Assembly (NCBI GenBank): GCA_002633005.1
Contig: NMRA01000483.1
Span: forward strand, 1-47,375
From: Phoronis australis
Taxonomy: Eukaryota; Animalia; Phoronida
Reading direction: 5' to 3'
DNA: 47,375 nucleotides
The translations under genes and the position numbers were made by a program. Shown here in pieces: positions 1 through 11,563 of this stretch. The notes under the pieces were generated by a model. The model made no database searches and was not told the DNA's origin. It saw only the letters and a list, made by a program, of their open reading frames with translations. Positions within the stretch are counted from its first letter, which is position 1; each line of letters starts with the position of its first letter.

Positions 1-450
1 TACCAAAATCATTCATTTAGACCCACATTTAGTGGATTTATTTGGAATAAGTTAGGGTCCATTATATCCGACTAGTAGATGCAAGACTTTGGTACCTTTT
101 AACTCTACTTAGGCCTCTATATACTGGCATTATTAGTCACTGTCGCTGTCTGCACCAATATGAGTTGGGGGAGATAGACAATATTGGTACTGCCACTAGA
201 GGGCTGACTGTTCCCCTATAGGTGGCACTGGCTGTTCTCAATGTGGCAGCCTCCAACCTACAGTCTCTGTGAACACTTGTACAGGTACATCAGCTTTAGA
301 TTCATGTATACTGTTAGGTTAAGCACACAGTTCAGTTTGTCATTAGTTTATTACAGTCTTTATGTAGCGTAGATCTACTCATAAGTCACAGATGTTTGAT
401 TTGTTTTGTAGATATCGCCATTATTCTTTGTCACATTGTCTGGCTGTGCA

Positions 451-1432
451 ATAATCAATAATGACTGTAGGCAATGACCATCGCCTCTGTTGCCCCGAAC
501 CAAAGGCAATGCAGCTCCTATAGGAGCTCCATACGCCGGAAGCTTTTCGGCGAATTATGCCTCGCATCGACTAAACCATCAAAGTCACTTTGTTATAAAT
601 ACCTTTTGCGCATAGAGGAACACATTAGGAGGTTGTCGATGTGTTTAATTCCTTCCAACTCGAACAAATACTCCCGTTATCAAACTTTTTCTTTGAGCAG
701 TCCCTATTTCAGTTCCCAAAATCGTGAACTCAACGTTTTCACTCAGCGCACGCCAAGAGATTCTTTTAACCAGGCCGAAGGTCAGAAGTTGCGGTCCATA
801 CGGCGAACTTTGAAAGCTGAAGTTCCCGCCCTTTACGTAAGTGCTGCCGGGAACCAGCCGTGCGTTTGCCGTGTTGTTAAACATTAAAATGTCAAATATG
901 TGCACAAAGACTATTAAATGTCATATCAACAGCATATACTTTTATCAAATACAAACAATGATTCATTGAAATACAATCAGTTTCAAGTAATGCCAATTAA
1001 AGACAAGTATAAGTGGTGGCATTTTGGAAATGAACATTTGACTGACAAGACCGCAATGGCTCACCTTTGGCCTATTTAAAGATTGAGGTCATGAAGTCAC
1101 ATCACCTAGCGAACGCGGTAAAAATTGGAACGTCCGCAGTATAAAAATGCTGAGTTCACCATTTTGGGAACTGAACGAGTGACTGCTTGAACAAAAAGTT
1201 CGATAATGGAAGTATTTGTTCGAGTTGGAAGGAATTAAACACACCGCCAACCTCCTAAGGTGTCCCTCTATACGCAAAAGATATTTATAACTACGTGACT
1301 TTCATGCTTTAGCCAGTGCGAGGCATAATTCGCCGAAAAGCTTCCGGTGTATGGAGCGCCTGTAGGAGCTGCATCGCCTCTGGTTCGGGCCAACAGAGGC
1401 GATGGTCATTGCGTATAATGACTGGTGATTTA
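451..1432. mobile_element. Non-autonomous DNA transposon / foldback element with ~300-bp imperfect terminal inverted repeats
   Basis: 451-745 is the reverse complement of ~1138-1432 (e.g. gcaatgaccatcgcctctgtt ... cttttcggcgaattatgcctcgca ... ttccttccaactcgaacaaatac in both arms). No TSD or superfamily recognised. Confidence 0.75.
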
Positions 1433-2466
1433 TGAAATAACCCGTGTGTGTGTTTTGGCTGCCAAAGTGTCTAGGAGGGAGCAAATCTACAAAATCAGGT
1501 GCTTCCCTTATAAATACGTGGCACACTAGTGGAGTTTTTCTTAATCTGCCTTTTCTCTCAAAAAAACTTGCCCTACTGAATGCACGCCTTCCTCAGTTCT
1601 AAGAGATGACGAGCAGCGACGGAGGTACGTAAAAAACCCAATCACGCTCAGGATGAGGGCGCCACTGTATCGTGTGCGCTATTCCACTTCGGAGAGTCAA
1701 AGTCTATTATTTCAATCCGCCGACGTATATTTAAACTACTATTCTTGACGTCCAACGTCAGTGTAGTTCCGTGAGGGTAAAATCGGTCCTCCGTGCAGTA
1801 AGCACCCACTCTTGACTTTTCAAAAATTTCGATTTTAACCACCCATGCTCAGGTTGACGCCCACCCCCGGTTTTTTGATTCCCAATTTAAGCGCCCTGGT
1901 CAGTAATCCGGACGAGTACGGTATTTGCGATTTTCTGTTGATGCTGCACAAATGTTTATCTTCTGTTTAACAATACTATATTTTTTAAATAACATAGAAA
2001 ATAAATCCGAGACTAAAAGAGGCGATCCAGATCCTAAAGGATACACTTGTGTGACGAAAATTAAATGGATCCATTCTACACACAAGTGTATCCTGAATCG
2101 CCTCTATTAGTTTTGGATTTATTTTCTGCATTATTTATCATATCTAATCTGAAACATCCATCAAGTGGATCCTAGGAGAAGCAACATGAATGAAAAGAAG
2201 TTTGATCAAGCAAAAACATCATTAGACAAGCACATCAGATATCTACATCATTTTAATACTCTATCCAACTTCAAGAAGAACATTTTGCTTCCCTAAAGGA
2301 ATGGATCTCAAAAAGACTTCCCCAATAGAATGCAACAACTTATTTTGATACAAATGGAATATGATCCATTTTGTTGTTTTATTTACGTATACATTCTATA
2401 TTTCGTAATGATTTCTGACTTCTTCATTCATCATTTGGTTATTGTCATCATGTTCGTTATCGCTAC

Positions 2467-2503
2467 CATCATCATCATCATCATCATCATCATTGTCATC
2501 ATC
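2467..2503. repeat. (ATC)n microsatellite
   Basis: Run of catcatcat; it explains the poly-Ile and poly-Ser ORFs in the track. Confidence 0.95.
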
Positions 2504-2594
2504 AATTTATTTTCAGTCAATTTCACCAAGTGTTGCCCCTCCGAGCGCTTTCATGTTATTTTGTGGTTTAATTCTGTATCTTGTTCCTTGTCAG

Positions 2595-2770
2595 ATTTTC
2601 ATGGAATTTGACAACCGTTGGCAGTGTTATCGTCAGTGCAGAGCACTACTTAGCATTCTCTTGTTATTACTGCACTCGCTTACAGGGGACACTCATTTTG
2701 AAAACCAGTTTTCTCCAACGAATTAGGGGCATCAAACTGGTTCTCATAATTCAGTATCGTTGTGACCCAT
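2595..2770 (+). CDS. Putative first coding (signal-peptide) exon of the F-type lectin/FN3 gene; reading frame disrupted as assembled
   Basis: Acceptor ttgttccttgtcag|, ATG at 2601 giving MEFDNRWQCYRQCRALLSILLLLLHSLTG (signal-peptide-like), donor |gtaagt at 2771. The ATG frame hits TAG at 2724-2726; removing one G from GGGG (2685-2688) gives an open phase-1 join to exon 3930. Confidence 0.4.
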
Positions 2771-3144
2771 GTAAGTGACAATAACCCTTAGTACTCAATG
2801 TAGGTTCACCACAACATCACTCAAGCAATGTACTATGTGGTGGTGGCAGATTTGAGACAAAAGCTACATTTGATTGTGTTTCTTGTAAAGGAAGTATATT
2901 TCATCACTGGGGAATATGCGAGGGTGTCCCAGAACTTTTGAGTGCGGGTTGGGCAATCTAAATGCCTGTAAACTCGATCGAGCCATTCAGCTAAAAAACA
3001 ACTTGTTTGATAATTGAATTTCTATAGCCTGGCCATATATTGCTGACACTCAGCAAATGTCATCTCCACTGACTCTGACTTGGGATATCTCAGAGTCTAT
3101 AGAAATAATCACCTTGGCGTGACCGCACGGCACCACTTGCGACA

Positions 3145-3468
3145 TTGTGGAATCCATGTTCCTGTCACCTCTTAGACCACAATCTTGAACTTTCCAGAAT
3201 CTACTCAATTATTCTACAAACACATATACTCTAGAATGTTCCAAACCACTGGTTCTATATTAGTTACTAATGTGCTGGAACGTGTTAGAATGTTGTCTAG
3301 TATGCTATTGTAAACAACTTACATCATCACTTGACCTCATGGGTCATGTTTATCAAGCGCAATCTTCTAGAAAACAAATAGAGAAAAGCAAAATAAAACG
3401 TATAGAAATAAAACAAATGTCAGTCTTCTTCGGACCCTTTGTTTGCCATTGCTCTCCTCTGTACAACA
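3145..3468. repeat. LTR-like interspersed repeat (possible solo LTR); partial copies at ~9672-9860 and ~30590-30910
   Basis: TG...CA bounded segment with AATAAA motifs. Shared blocks (agaatgttcc, tgtaaacaa, gacc..atggg, aaataaaac.catagaa) recur at 30630-30910. No TSD found. Confidence 0.35.
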
Positions 3469-3929
3469 TGGTGGTTTAAATTGTAGAGCACTAAAGATTA
3501 TTCCAAAGATAGCAACTTCAAGTAAAATTACATCTCAAACGTTATGTTCTAATTATGTAATTTTGAAAAAGCATAGGCTTTCTTATTATGAAATGTGGGA
3601 ATTATTTTTGTTTCTAGTGTTTTTGTCATTTCAGCAAAATGTAAAACTCGCTCCCTCTCCCTCCCTTGCTCTACACCGGCCTCTCCATCTCTATTCATCC
3701 TTCCCTCCCACCTTTCATTCTACTCACTGATGTCAAATTTAAAATGATTGTTCCTAATATTTCTTCAGACTTGGCATTGACTTGTATGTTACCAAAATGT
3801 GTTTTACATGGTTAACTGCTAATTCATATTTCTCTCTATGCTTAATGACCATTCTTGTCAAAGACATTGTCCCCTCAGATTTGTTGTTTCCTTAAAAATA
3901 ACCTCTGCATTATTGTGGTTTTATTTCAG

Positions 3930-4133
3930 TGAATATCGCTGCTAACAAACCAACTCAACAGTCCAGCACACTTGATAGTCACACATCTTCAAAAGCTGTG
4001 GATGGAGACCTGAGTCAGGACTACACCCACTGTACTCACACAGTTGATCAGAAGGACCCCTGGTGGAGAGTAGACCTGTTAGCTGTGTACTCTATTTCTA
4101 ATGTTACTATAGTGAACCGAAAGGGCTGTTGTG
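3930..4133 (+). CDS. F-type lectin (FTP/fucolectin) domain 1, N-terminal exon
   Basis: ttatttcag| ... |gtaagt, phase 1-1, 204 nt. NIAANKPTQQSST...AVDGD...CTHT...DPWWRVDL...VTIVNRKGCC matches the fucolectin consensus. Confidence 0.93.
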
Positions 4134-5280
4134 GTAAGTTTTACCTTCATTTGAAATAATTTGATGAAGTCACAATTCACTATAACTAATTTTTATATAC
4201 CGACTTAGAGTTGCTATAAATGTGTATTCATAAAAAATAATTTGTGATTTAGTGTAATGGTGTGGGTCATGAAATTGGTCTCATGTTGTTCCTTACTCAA
4301 ATTAGAGGTGATAGCTGGACTTGACCAGTCAGGTCATTGGTTCAGATCAGGCTCAACAAGTTTGTACCATTAGGGTGTTCTCCTGTTCAGTGACTAGGTA
4401 CTGATATTATCTAGCTCCTTGGTTTACTGCCGAGCACAGTCTTTTGTCTGGTATGACAACATGCAGGCCAATTATCACACCCAGTGTGTTGGTACGTTCG
4501 GACAGAATAGATTGTCTTAACTTCTGCTGTATTTGGAGAGATTTTGGTCATTCAAAACCTAAACAGGATCAGCATTTGACGAGGAATTTAGAAATGGTAT
4601 TAGTTTATGTTCAAACATTTATAAGTCAACTTTTATTTTTAACAGCAAAGCCCAGTCATGGTAGGTAGGAACTTATGCAAGATTAGTGCAATTATCGAAC
4701 AAAGGAGAGATGACCCTCCAACCATAAATGCCAGAATGTACTTAATCACTCCGTATTGGCTGCAGTAGTCATGTGCCCAACTTGCTGTTGTGCTATATAA
4801 CTGAACAAGTTGGACTCAATGGGAGAATGCCGTAATACAACAAGTTGCCTTGTCTTAGCTGTCAATTTTATGCCCGAAGCATGATCTGTAACATTAACAT
4901 TCTGGGAGCTCTTTACATGTCAAGAAACTAAAGCAGGGCAGAGGATTGGTTTTATTTTACATTAACAATTAACACATGTATGATCACAGTTACTTGAAAT
5001 GACACTAGGACCTTGTCAAGTATTCTTTGTGATTTTATACTGCTAGGTGTCGTTCTTTGACTCAATAATGAGTAGACACCCAAGGATCAGTCTTAACTTT
5101 TCTAATCTTGTCAACTGACTGTACTTCGGGAGCAAGTTTTCTGTTATACAGAATTTGTTAAATGCACGATACTTTTCATTGTTCACAGTCTTTATTCTGT
5201 TGTGTTCATACTTTCGGAACAAAACTACTCTCAACTGAACATAGGTACATTAGCTGACCTAGCGACATAATAAAAAGACA

Positions 5281-5318
5281 CACGATATTTCGAAACATAC
5301 TTGTTTCATTCTCAACTG
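5281..5318 (-). ncRNA. Minimal type I hammerhead ribozyme motif in the PLE 3' pLTR (stem I mismatched)
   Basis: Minus strand CAG-UUGAGAA-U-GAAACA-agua-UGUUUC-GAAA-UAU-C-GUG. Confidence 0.6.
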
Positions 5319-5434
5319 AACATAAAATGATGCAGAAATGCTACCACAGAGTATAAGCTGACGACACACACAGTGAGACACGGCGGGTGTGAAATACTGC
5401 AAAGAATGACTAATGAATTGGGGTAACAGGGAAG

Positions 5435-7870
5435 TCACGCAAACAAGTGTAACGTGCGCCGCGACCCTGTTTGCTGCTCATTCAAAACAGGCTTCTCAAA
5501 AGCAATTAAAAGGGACTCTAATACTTTCAAACGCAGCACATCTTGCTCCACGTAGTGAATTGACGTGTTTTCCACAATTTCTTGACGGGTGATTTTACAT
5601 TTGTGGTATTGCAGAAAATGATCTTGAATGGCGCCATTTTGAAGATGCATGGATAACCGACGAGAAAGACTGCAAACCGTTTGACCAATGTAACATTGTT
5701 TGACGTTTGAACAAAGACATTCGTTCATAGGGCATACAAATTCATAAACAACACTACACTGTGCAACGGGGCGGACTTTCGCTTTAGAAATGTTATTTTT
5801 CATGACCAAGTTGGAGGACTTCCTATTCCGATAATAAATAATAACATCAAGGTAATCATTAGGCTTATAAACTTTAACATTGTCCCTTATGATTTTCTTA
5901 AAGGCGTGTTCGTCCTGGAAGTAATTATTAGACATGACATTTTTGTAAAATATCTTTTTGGTGACACCAGTCTGACGTGCAGGGACTTCATAGCTAATTC
6001 TGAACACAAATCGCTTAATATGGAAATCCACAAAAGCATTGGTATACCCATTATTCACCAGTGTTTGTCTTATGCGATCTACCTCTTGATTGAACAATAG
6101 CCAGTTGGACGACACCGAATACGCCCTCTTTAGGAAGTTGACCACAACGGCGACCTTATACCGCTCAGGGCACTCACTTTTGGCGTGGAGACAGAAACCC
6201 TTATCAGTAGGCTTGTGGTAAACTGATGTAGAAAATTCAGATGGAGAATGGTTCACAAGAACGTCCAAAAACGGCATCTTGTCATTTACAGGAAGCTCGT
6301 GGGTAAACTTCAATACAGAGTGACGCTCGAGTTCATCACGTACTGATAACAAGCCATCAAAGGCACAATAAACAAAAATATCATCTACATAACGTACATA
6401 GATAGGAATACCACCAATCACATTGCTAGCCCTTTTTTCCACTTCAGACATATAAAATTCCAAGAAAGTGGAAACCAGAGGAGAGCCCATGCTAACACCA
6501 TCTTTTTGCAAAAACAAATTCCCATTTATATGGCGAAATGGTACTTTGGTTGTGCAGATGGTCAACAGCTCTCTCATATGAGTAGGTGAAATGTCGGGTG
6601 GCTTTAAATGTGGGTGACGGTATACACTATCCAAACTGATAGTAATGGTCTCATCCACCGGTACGTTGGTGAACAAAGACTCAGCGTCAAGCAACATAGG
6701 TTGGTAATGGGGGGTGGCACTTGTGTGCGCAAAATGTCAATGAAATCCTCGCGACATTTAATGGAGTAACGGCTCTGAATGTACGGCTTTATGATGTTAT
6801 CAAGATGTAACGCTGTCTTGTACGTAGGCGTCAGGACTTGGGATCTTATCGGCCGTAGAGGAACATCTTTTTTGTGTATTTTGGGGTTACCATAGCTAGA
6901 GATAACCTTCAAAGTAATCACCTTCGATTTCGGAGAAAATGCGACGACCAGCCTCGGCATTTATAGCCCTAATGTGACGATTCAATTCACGTATGAGGGG
7001 TGACCGACTAATGCTGGTAAACTTGGAAGGGTCACATATTAATAGACTAAGTTTATCAGAATAGTCATCTTTGTTTAAAATAACATACTGGGCAGACTTG
7101 TCGGCGCGGCGAATAACAATACCATCATTATTCTTGAGGCGTTTAGAAGCATCTAGTAGTCGGCTGAAGAGAGCACACCTATGATTTTTGCTGCGACACT
7201 TAGTGCCTTCTGAGCGAAGCTGTTCTCGTATGTTAGGGTTAACACTGAGGAAATCATCACCTTTTAGTCGTGAAATATCATTATACAGATTTTCCAACTC
7301 AACTTTCTTGCGGTAAGTGTCAAACTTGGGTCTAACATGAAAATTAATACCCAGTGCGAAAAAGTCCTTTTCTGCAGCGTCCAAATCATAGTCAGACAGG
7401 TTCACATACGTATCACGTTCCTCTGGTAGTTTAACGTCACTCTGGTAGAGACTGCGCAGTTTCTTCATGAGATTCTTCTGAGACGTGAGCTCATGTTTTG
7501 CTATGTTCTCATGGATACACTTGAAAATTTGATCAATGAGGTCAGATCGCATTCCCGATTTCTGAATGTCAGAGAGGATATCCGTGCGATTGTTACGTAG
7601 TTCATCACTAGTTCTATCTGCACGGTCGAGCTCAAGTTGGACAAGCTTGCGTCTGTAGTCCCATGTGAACCGTTCGTTATCAGCTGCCCGGTCATGTAAC
7701 TTGAACTGACTGTACTTCGGGAGCAAGTTTTCTGTTATACAGAATTTGTTAAATGCACGACACTTTTCATTGTTCATGGTCTTTATTCCGTTGCGTTCAT
7801 ACTTTCTGAACAAAACTCTACTCTCAACTGAACATAGATACAGTAACTGATCTTCATAATTAAAAGACAC
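5435..7870 (-). pseudogene. PLE polyprotein (reverse transcriptase + GIY-YIG endonuclease) split by two frameshifts
   Basis: ORFs 6896-7870 (RRADKS), 6604-6960 (YGNPKIHK..PLRPI) and 5435-6697 (ESLFTNVP, QKDGVSMGSPL, YVDD, PFLDV, VVYEFVC...CYIGQT...LSRRLSMH, LESLLI...P.LN). Confidence 0.92.
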
Positions 7871-7907
7871 ACGATATTTCGAAACATACTTGTTTCATTC
7901 TCAAGTG
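7870..7907 (-). ncRNA. Minimal type I hammerhead ribozyme motif (U3-A8 variant) at the PLE 5' end
   Basis: Minus strand CAC-UUGAGAA-U-GAAACA-agua-UGUUUC-GAAA-UAU-C-GUG: stem I CAC/GUG, 6-bp stem II, palindromic AUAU stem III. Confidence 0.75.
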
Positions 7908-8782
7908 AATTCTCAATCTTGCAACACAACATTAGGGTTTTTAAGGGCTCCAACTGCATACAAGTCTGTTAAGTCCATTGTTTACAATGAACTCTTGCTG
8001 TTCTTGTGATTCTGCGTATTGCTTTAATTAAAGGCTTTCAATTTTATAATATGGAAGGTGGAAGCTTTAGTTGTGGGTGCCAAAGCCAACAATTAGTGAA
8101 TGGTACAAGTTGGGTATTATGAATACACTCTGTTACTTAACTCTTAGTAATAAAAAAGGCTACTAAAACACAACTTGGATATATGATTGGTACAAGGTTT
8201 TTGCCGAGAAGGTTTTCCATACCATTAAAACCTATTTTTTGAAAAAATGTTTTTTATTGAAACTTACTGAAGTTGTCTCTATCATCTCGCTCATTTTGCA
8301 CACACAAGGTTGGACGGTTACCTTAAAACTCCATGCAGCGCAGTTTCAAACTGATTTAAGCCAACTGCGTGGCAGAATGGGATCCTAGAAGTTATACACT
8401 TTTATTTGATCCCATTAACAGCTATATGAAATTTCAACAGTAAATGTGTTTTTGTGCCTTTGCCATAGGTTGCATGTTGTGTGAAGATTTTTTTCAGTTT
8501 TTGTGTAGTGCTCCTCGGCGAAGGGTTGGAAACTCACGATTTATTTTTCCCATTCTCGTTTTTGTGGTTGGCCTTATAGATAGCCTCCGCGAATTACATG
8601 TATCTAAAAATAAACAAAACACCAAAATGAACTTAGGCTAATTTGGGGGTGGACCCTTTCACCACTGAGGTGACCAAAAGATGTCACTGGTGTATGCCCT
8701 TTTCATGGCCTCTAGACCGATGTGCTGTGTTTTCACTGACTTGCTGTTCACACTTGATGTCTGTCTGTTCGTATTTCAATAG

Positions 8783-8992
8783 GTGAGCGGCTCCATAACT
8801 TTGTTGTCAAGGTAACCAACATCTCAAGCCTATCTGCCCCATACCAACAGTGTATTCACTACCCAGGAGATACACTACGTATAAACTGTAGTCCTCATCC
8901 AGTGTTTGGGCGCTATTTGTATATACAGATTTTCGATGGACATGAGGCCCTCACGCTGTGTGAAGTACAAGTTCATGGTGTTGTGATTTCCG
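8783..8992 (+). CDS. F-type lectin domain 1, C-terminal exon
   Basis: tttcaatag| ... |gtgagt, phase 1-1, 210 nt. (G)ERLHNFVVKV...QQC..YPG..INC..PVFGRYLYIQ...LTLCEVQVHG. Absent from the ORF track because it has no start codon. Confidence 0.93.
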
Positions 8993-9242
8993 GTGAGTTG
9001 TTGCATATTTGTCGGCAGAAAAGTATCAAGGTTGAGATGAATTAAATGAACAAAAGTGAAAATTTGTGATCCACTACAGGTATTTCATAGTCAAATTGTA
9101 GAGCCAATACAGTGTGTTTTGCACATCAAGCGCAATGCTCATTCAACTCGCTTTCAGAATATCTGATATCATTTAAATTTTTTGATAGGGTGACTCAGGG
9201 TATGGTGGAATCTTTAACTTTGGGAAAAGGTACCTCAAATGT

Positions 9243-9580
9243 CATACTGTACACAGTGTCCTTACACATGTTGTACAATGTGTTACTGTACACAGTGTCC
9301 TTACACATGTTGTACAATGTGTTACTGTTCACAGTGTCCTTACACACGTTGTACAATGTGTTGCTGTACACAGTGTCCTTACACATGTTGTACAATGTGT
9401 TGCTGTACACAGTGTCCTTACACACGTTGTACAATGTGATCTGTACACAAGGTTCTTACACATGTTGTACAATGTGTTACTGTACACAGTGTCCTCACAC
9501 ATGTTGTACAATGTGTTACTGTACACAGTGTCCTTACACATGTACAATGTGACCTTTACACAGTGTCCTTACACATGTTA
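9243..9580. repeat. 39-bp minisatellite, ~8-9 copies
   Basis: Unit tactgtacacagtgtccttacacatgttgtacaatgtgt; it produces the spurious Cys-rich and LLYTVSLHMLYNV ORFs. Confidence 0.95.
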
Positions 9581-10324
9581 TGCAATGCTTACTTTGTTTC
9601 CACTCATTTATGCACTGATACGATGTAACAATTTCGTAAAATGTTAATTTTATGGTGCTAGGCGTCTTCTAAAATGTGTTAGAATGTTGTCTAGTGTGCT
9701 ATTGTAAACAACTTACTTCATCACTTGACCTCATGGGTCATGTCAATCAAGCGCAATCTTCTAGAAAACAAATAGAGAATAGCAAAATATAACATATAGA
9801 AATAAAACAAATGTCAGTCTTCTTCGGACCCTTTGTTTGCCGTTGCTCTCCTCTGTACAAAATGGTGGTTTAAATTGTAGAGCACTAAAGATTATTCCAT
9901 TGATAGCAACTTCAAGTGAAATTACATCTCAAACGTTATGTTCTGATTATGTAATTTTGTAGCAAAAGCATAGGCTTTGTTATTATGAAATGTGGGAATT
10001 ATTTTTGTTTCTAGTGTTATTGTCATTTCAGCCAAATGTAAAACTCGCTCCCTCTTCCTCCCTTGCTCTACACCGGCCTCTCTATCTCTCTTCATCCTTT
10101 CCTTCCACCTTTCCTTCTACTCACTGATGTCAAATTTAAAATGATTGTTCCTAATATTTCTTCAGACTTGACATTGACTTCTATGTTACCAAAATGTGTT
10201 TTACATGGTTAACTGCTAATTCATATTTCTCTATGCTTAATGACCATTCTTGTCAAAGACATTGTCTCCTCAGTTTTGTTGTTTCCCTAAAAATAACTTC
10301 TGTATTATTTTGGTTTTATTTCAG

Positions 10325-10528
10325 CGAATATCGCTGCTAACAAACCAACTCAACAGTCCAGCACATTTCAAGGTCTCACATCTTCAAAAGCTGTGGATGG
10401 GGACCTGAGACAACACTACATCTACTGTGCTAACACAAATAAGGAGAAGGACCCCTGGTGGAGAGTTGACCTGTTAGCTGTGTACTCTATTTCTAATGTT
10501 ACTATAGTGAACCGAGATGGCTGTTGTG
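10325..10528 (+). CDS. F-type lectin domain 2, N-terminal exon
   Basis: tttatttcag| ... |gtaaat, phase 1-1, 204 nt. NIAANKPTQQSSTFQGLTSSKAVDGDLRQHYIYCANTNKEKDPWWRVDLLAVYSISNVTIVNRDGCC. Confidence 0.92.
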
Positions 10529-11563
10529 GTAAATTTTACCTTCATTTGAAATGTTTTGATGTAGTCACAATTCACTAAAACTAATTTTAATATACCAAAT
10601 TAGAGTTGCTGTAAATGTGTATTCATAAAAAATAAGTTGTGATTTAATGTAATGGTGTGGGTCATGAAATTGGTCTCATGTTGTTCCTTACTCAAATTAG
10701 AGCTGATAGCTGGACTTGACCAGTAAGGTCATTGGTTCAGATCAGGCTCAACAAGTTTGTACCATTAGGGTGTTCTCCTGTTCAGTGACCAGGTACTGAT
10801 ATTATCTAGCTCCTTGGTTTACTGCCGAGCACAGTCTTTTGTCTGGTATGACAACATGCAGGCCAATTATCTACCAAGCTTATTACCAACCACATGTGAA
10901 CACAGTCAAACCCAGTGCGTTGGTACGTTCGGACAGAATTGATTGTCTTAACTTCTGTTTTATTTGGGGTGATTTTGGTCATTCAAAATCTAAACATGAT
11001 CAGCATTTGACGAGGAATTCAGAAATGGTATTGGTTTATGTTCAAACGTTTATAAGTCAACTTTTAGTTTTAACAGCAAAGCCCAGTCATGGTAGACAGG
11101 AACTTATGCAAGATTAGTGCAATTATCAAACAAAGGAGAGATGACCCTCCAACCGTAAATGCCAGAATGTACTTAATCACTCTGTACTGGCTACAGAGGT
11201 CATCTGCCTAACTTGCTGTTGTGCTATACAACCGAACAAGTTGGACTCAACGGGAGAATGCCGTAATGCAACAAGTTGGCTTGTCTTAGCTGTCAATTTT
11301 ATGCGTGAAGCATGGTCTGTAACATTAACATTTTGGGAGCTATTTACATGTCAAGAAACTAAAGCAGGGCCGAGGATTGGTTTTATTTTACATTAACAAT
11401 TAACACATGTATGATCGCAGTTATTTCAAATGACACTAGGACCTTGTCAAGTCTTCTTTGTGATTTTATACTGCTAGGTGTCGTTCTTTGACTCAATAAT
11501 GGGTAGACACCCAAGGATCAGTCTTTTGTAATCTTGTCAACACATCATTCACCGATTCTTTAA

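Larger units (their letters stand above)
5113..7909 (-). mobile_element. Penelope-like retroelement (PLE), near full length, with direct pseudo-LTRs
   Basis: RT and GIY-YIG coding sequence; ~5113-5320 repeats ~7704-7909 (partial tandem pLTR). Degenerate TSD tctaatcttgtcaac (5101-5115) / tctcaatcttgcaac (7911-7925). Empty site in duplicate unit 2 (~11530-11541). Confidence 0.93.

Noticed and set aside
474-887. 137-aa ORF with apparent paralogs at 1089-1526
   Set aside because: The similarity comes from the inverted-repeat arms; no recognisable protein motif.
2330-2611. Hydrophobic poly-Ile membrane protein ORF
   Set aside because: Product of the (ATC)n microsatellite.
9112-9647. Cys-rich metallothionein/keratin-associated-like ORFs
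   Set aside because: Translations of a 39-bp minisatellite open in several frames, intronic and absent from the paralogous unit.
3930-10528. Diversity-generating retroelement (RT next to a variable lectin repeat)
   Set aside because: The RT is a Penelope RT with GIY-YIG, both repeats are spliced exons in a larger duplication, and the substitutions are not adenine-specific.
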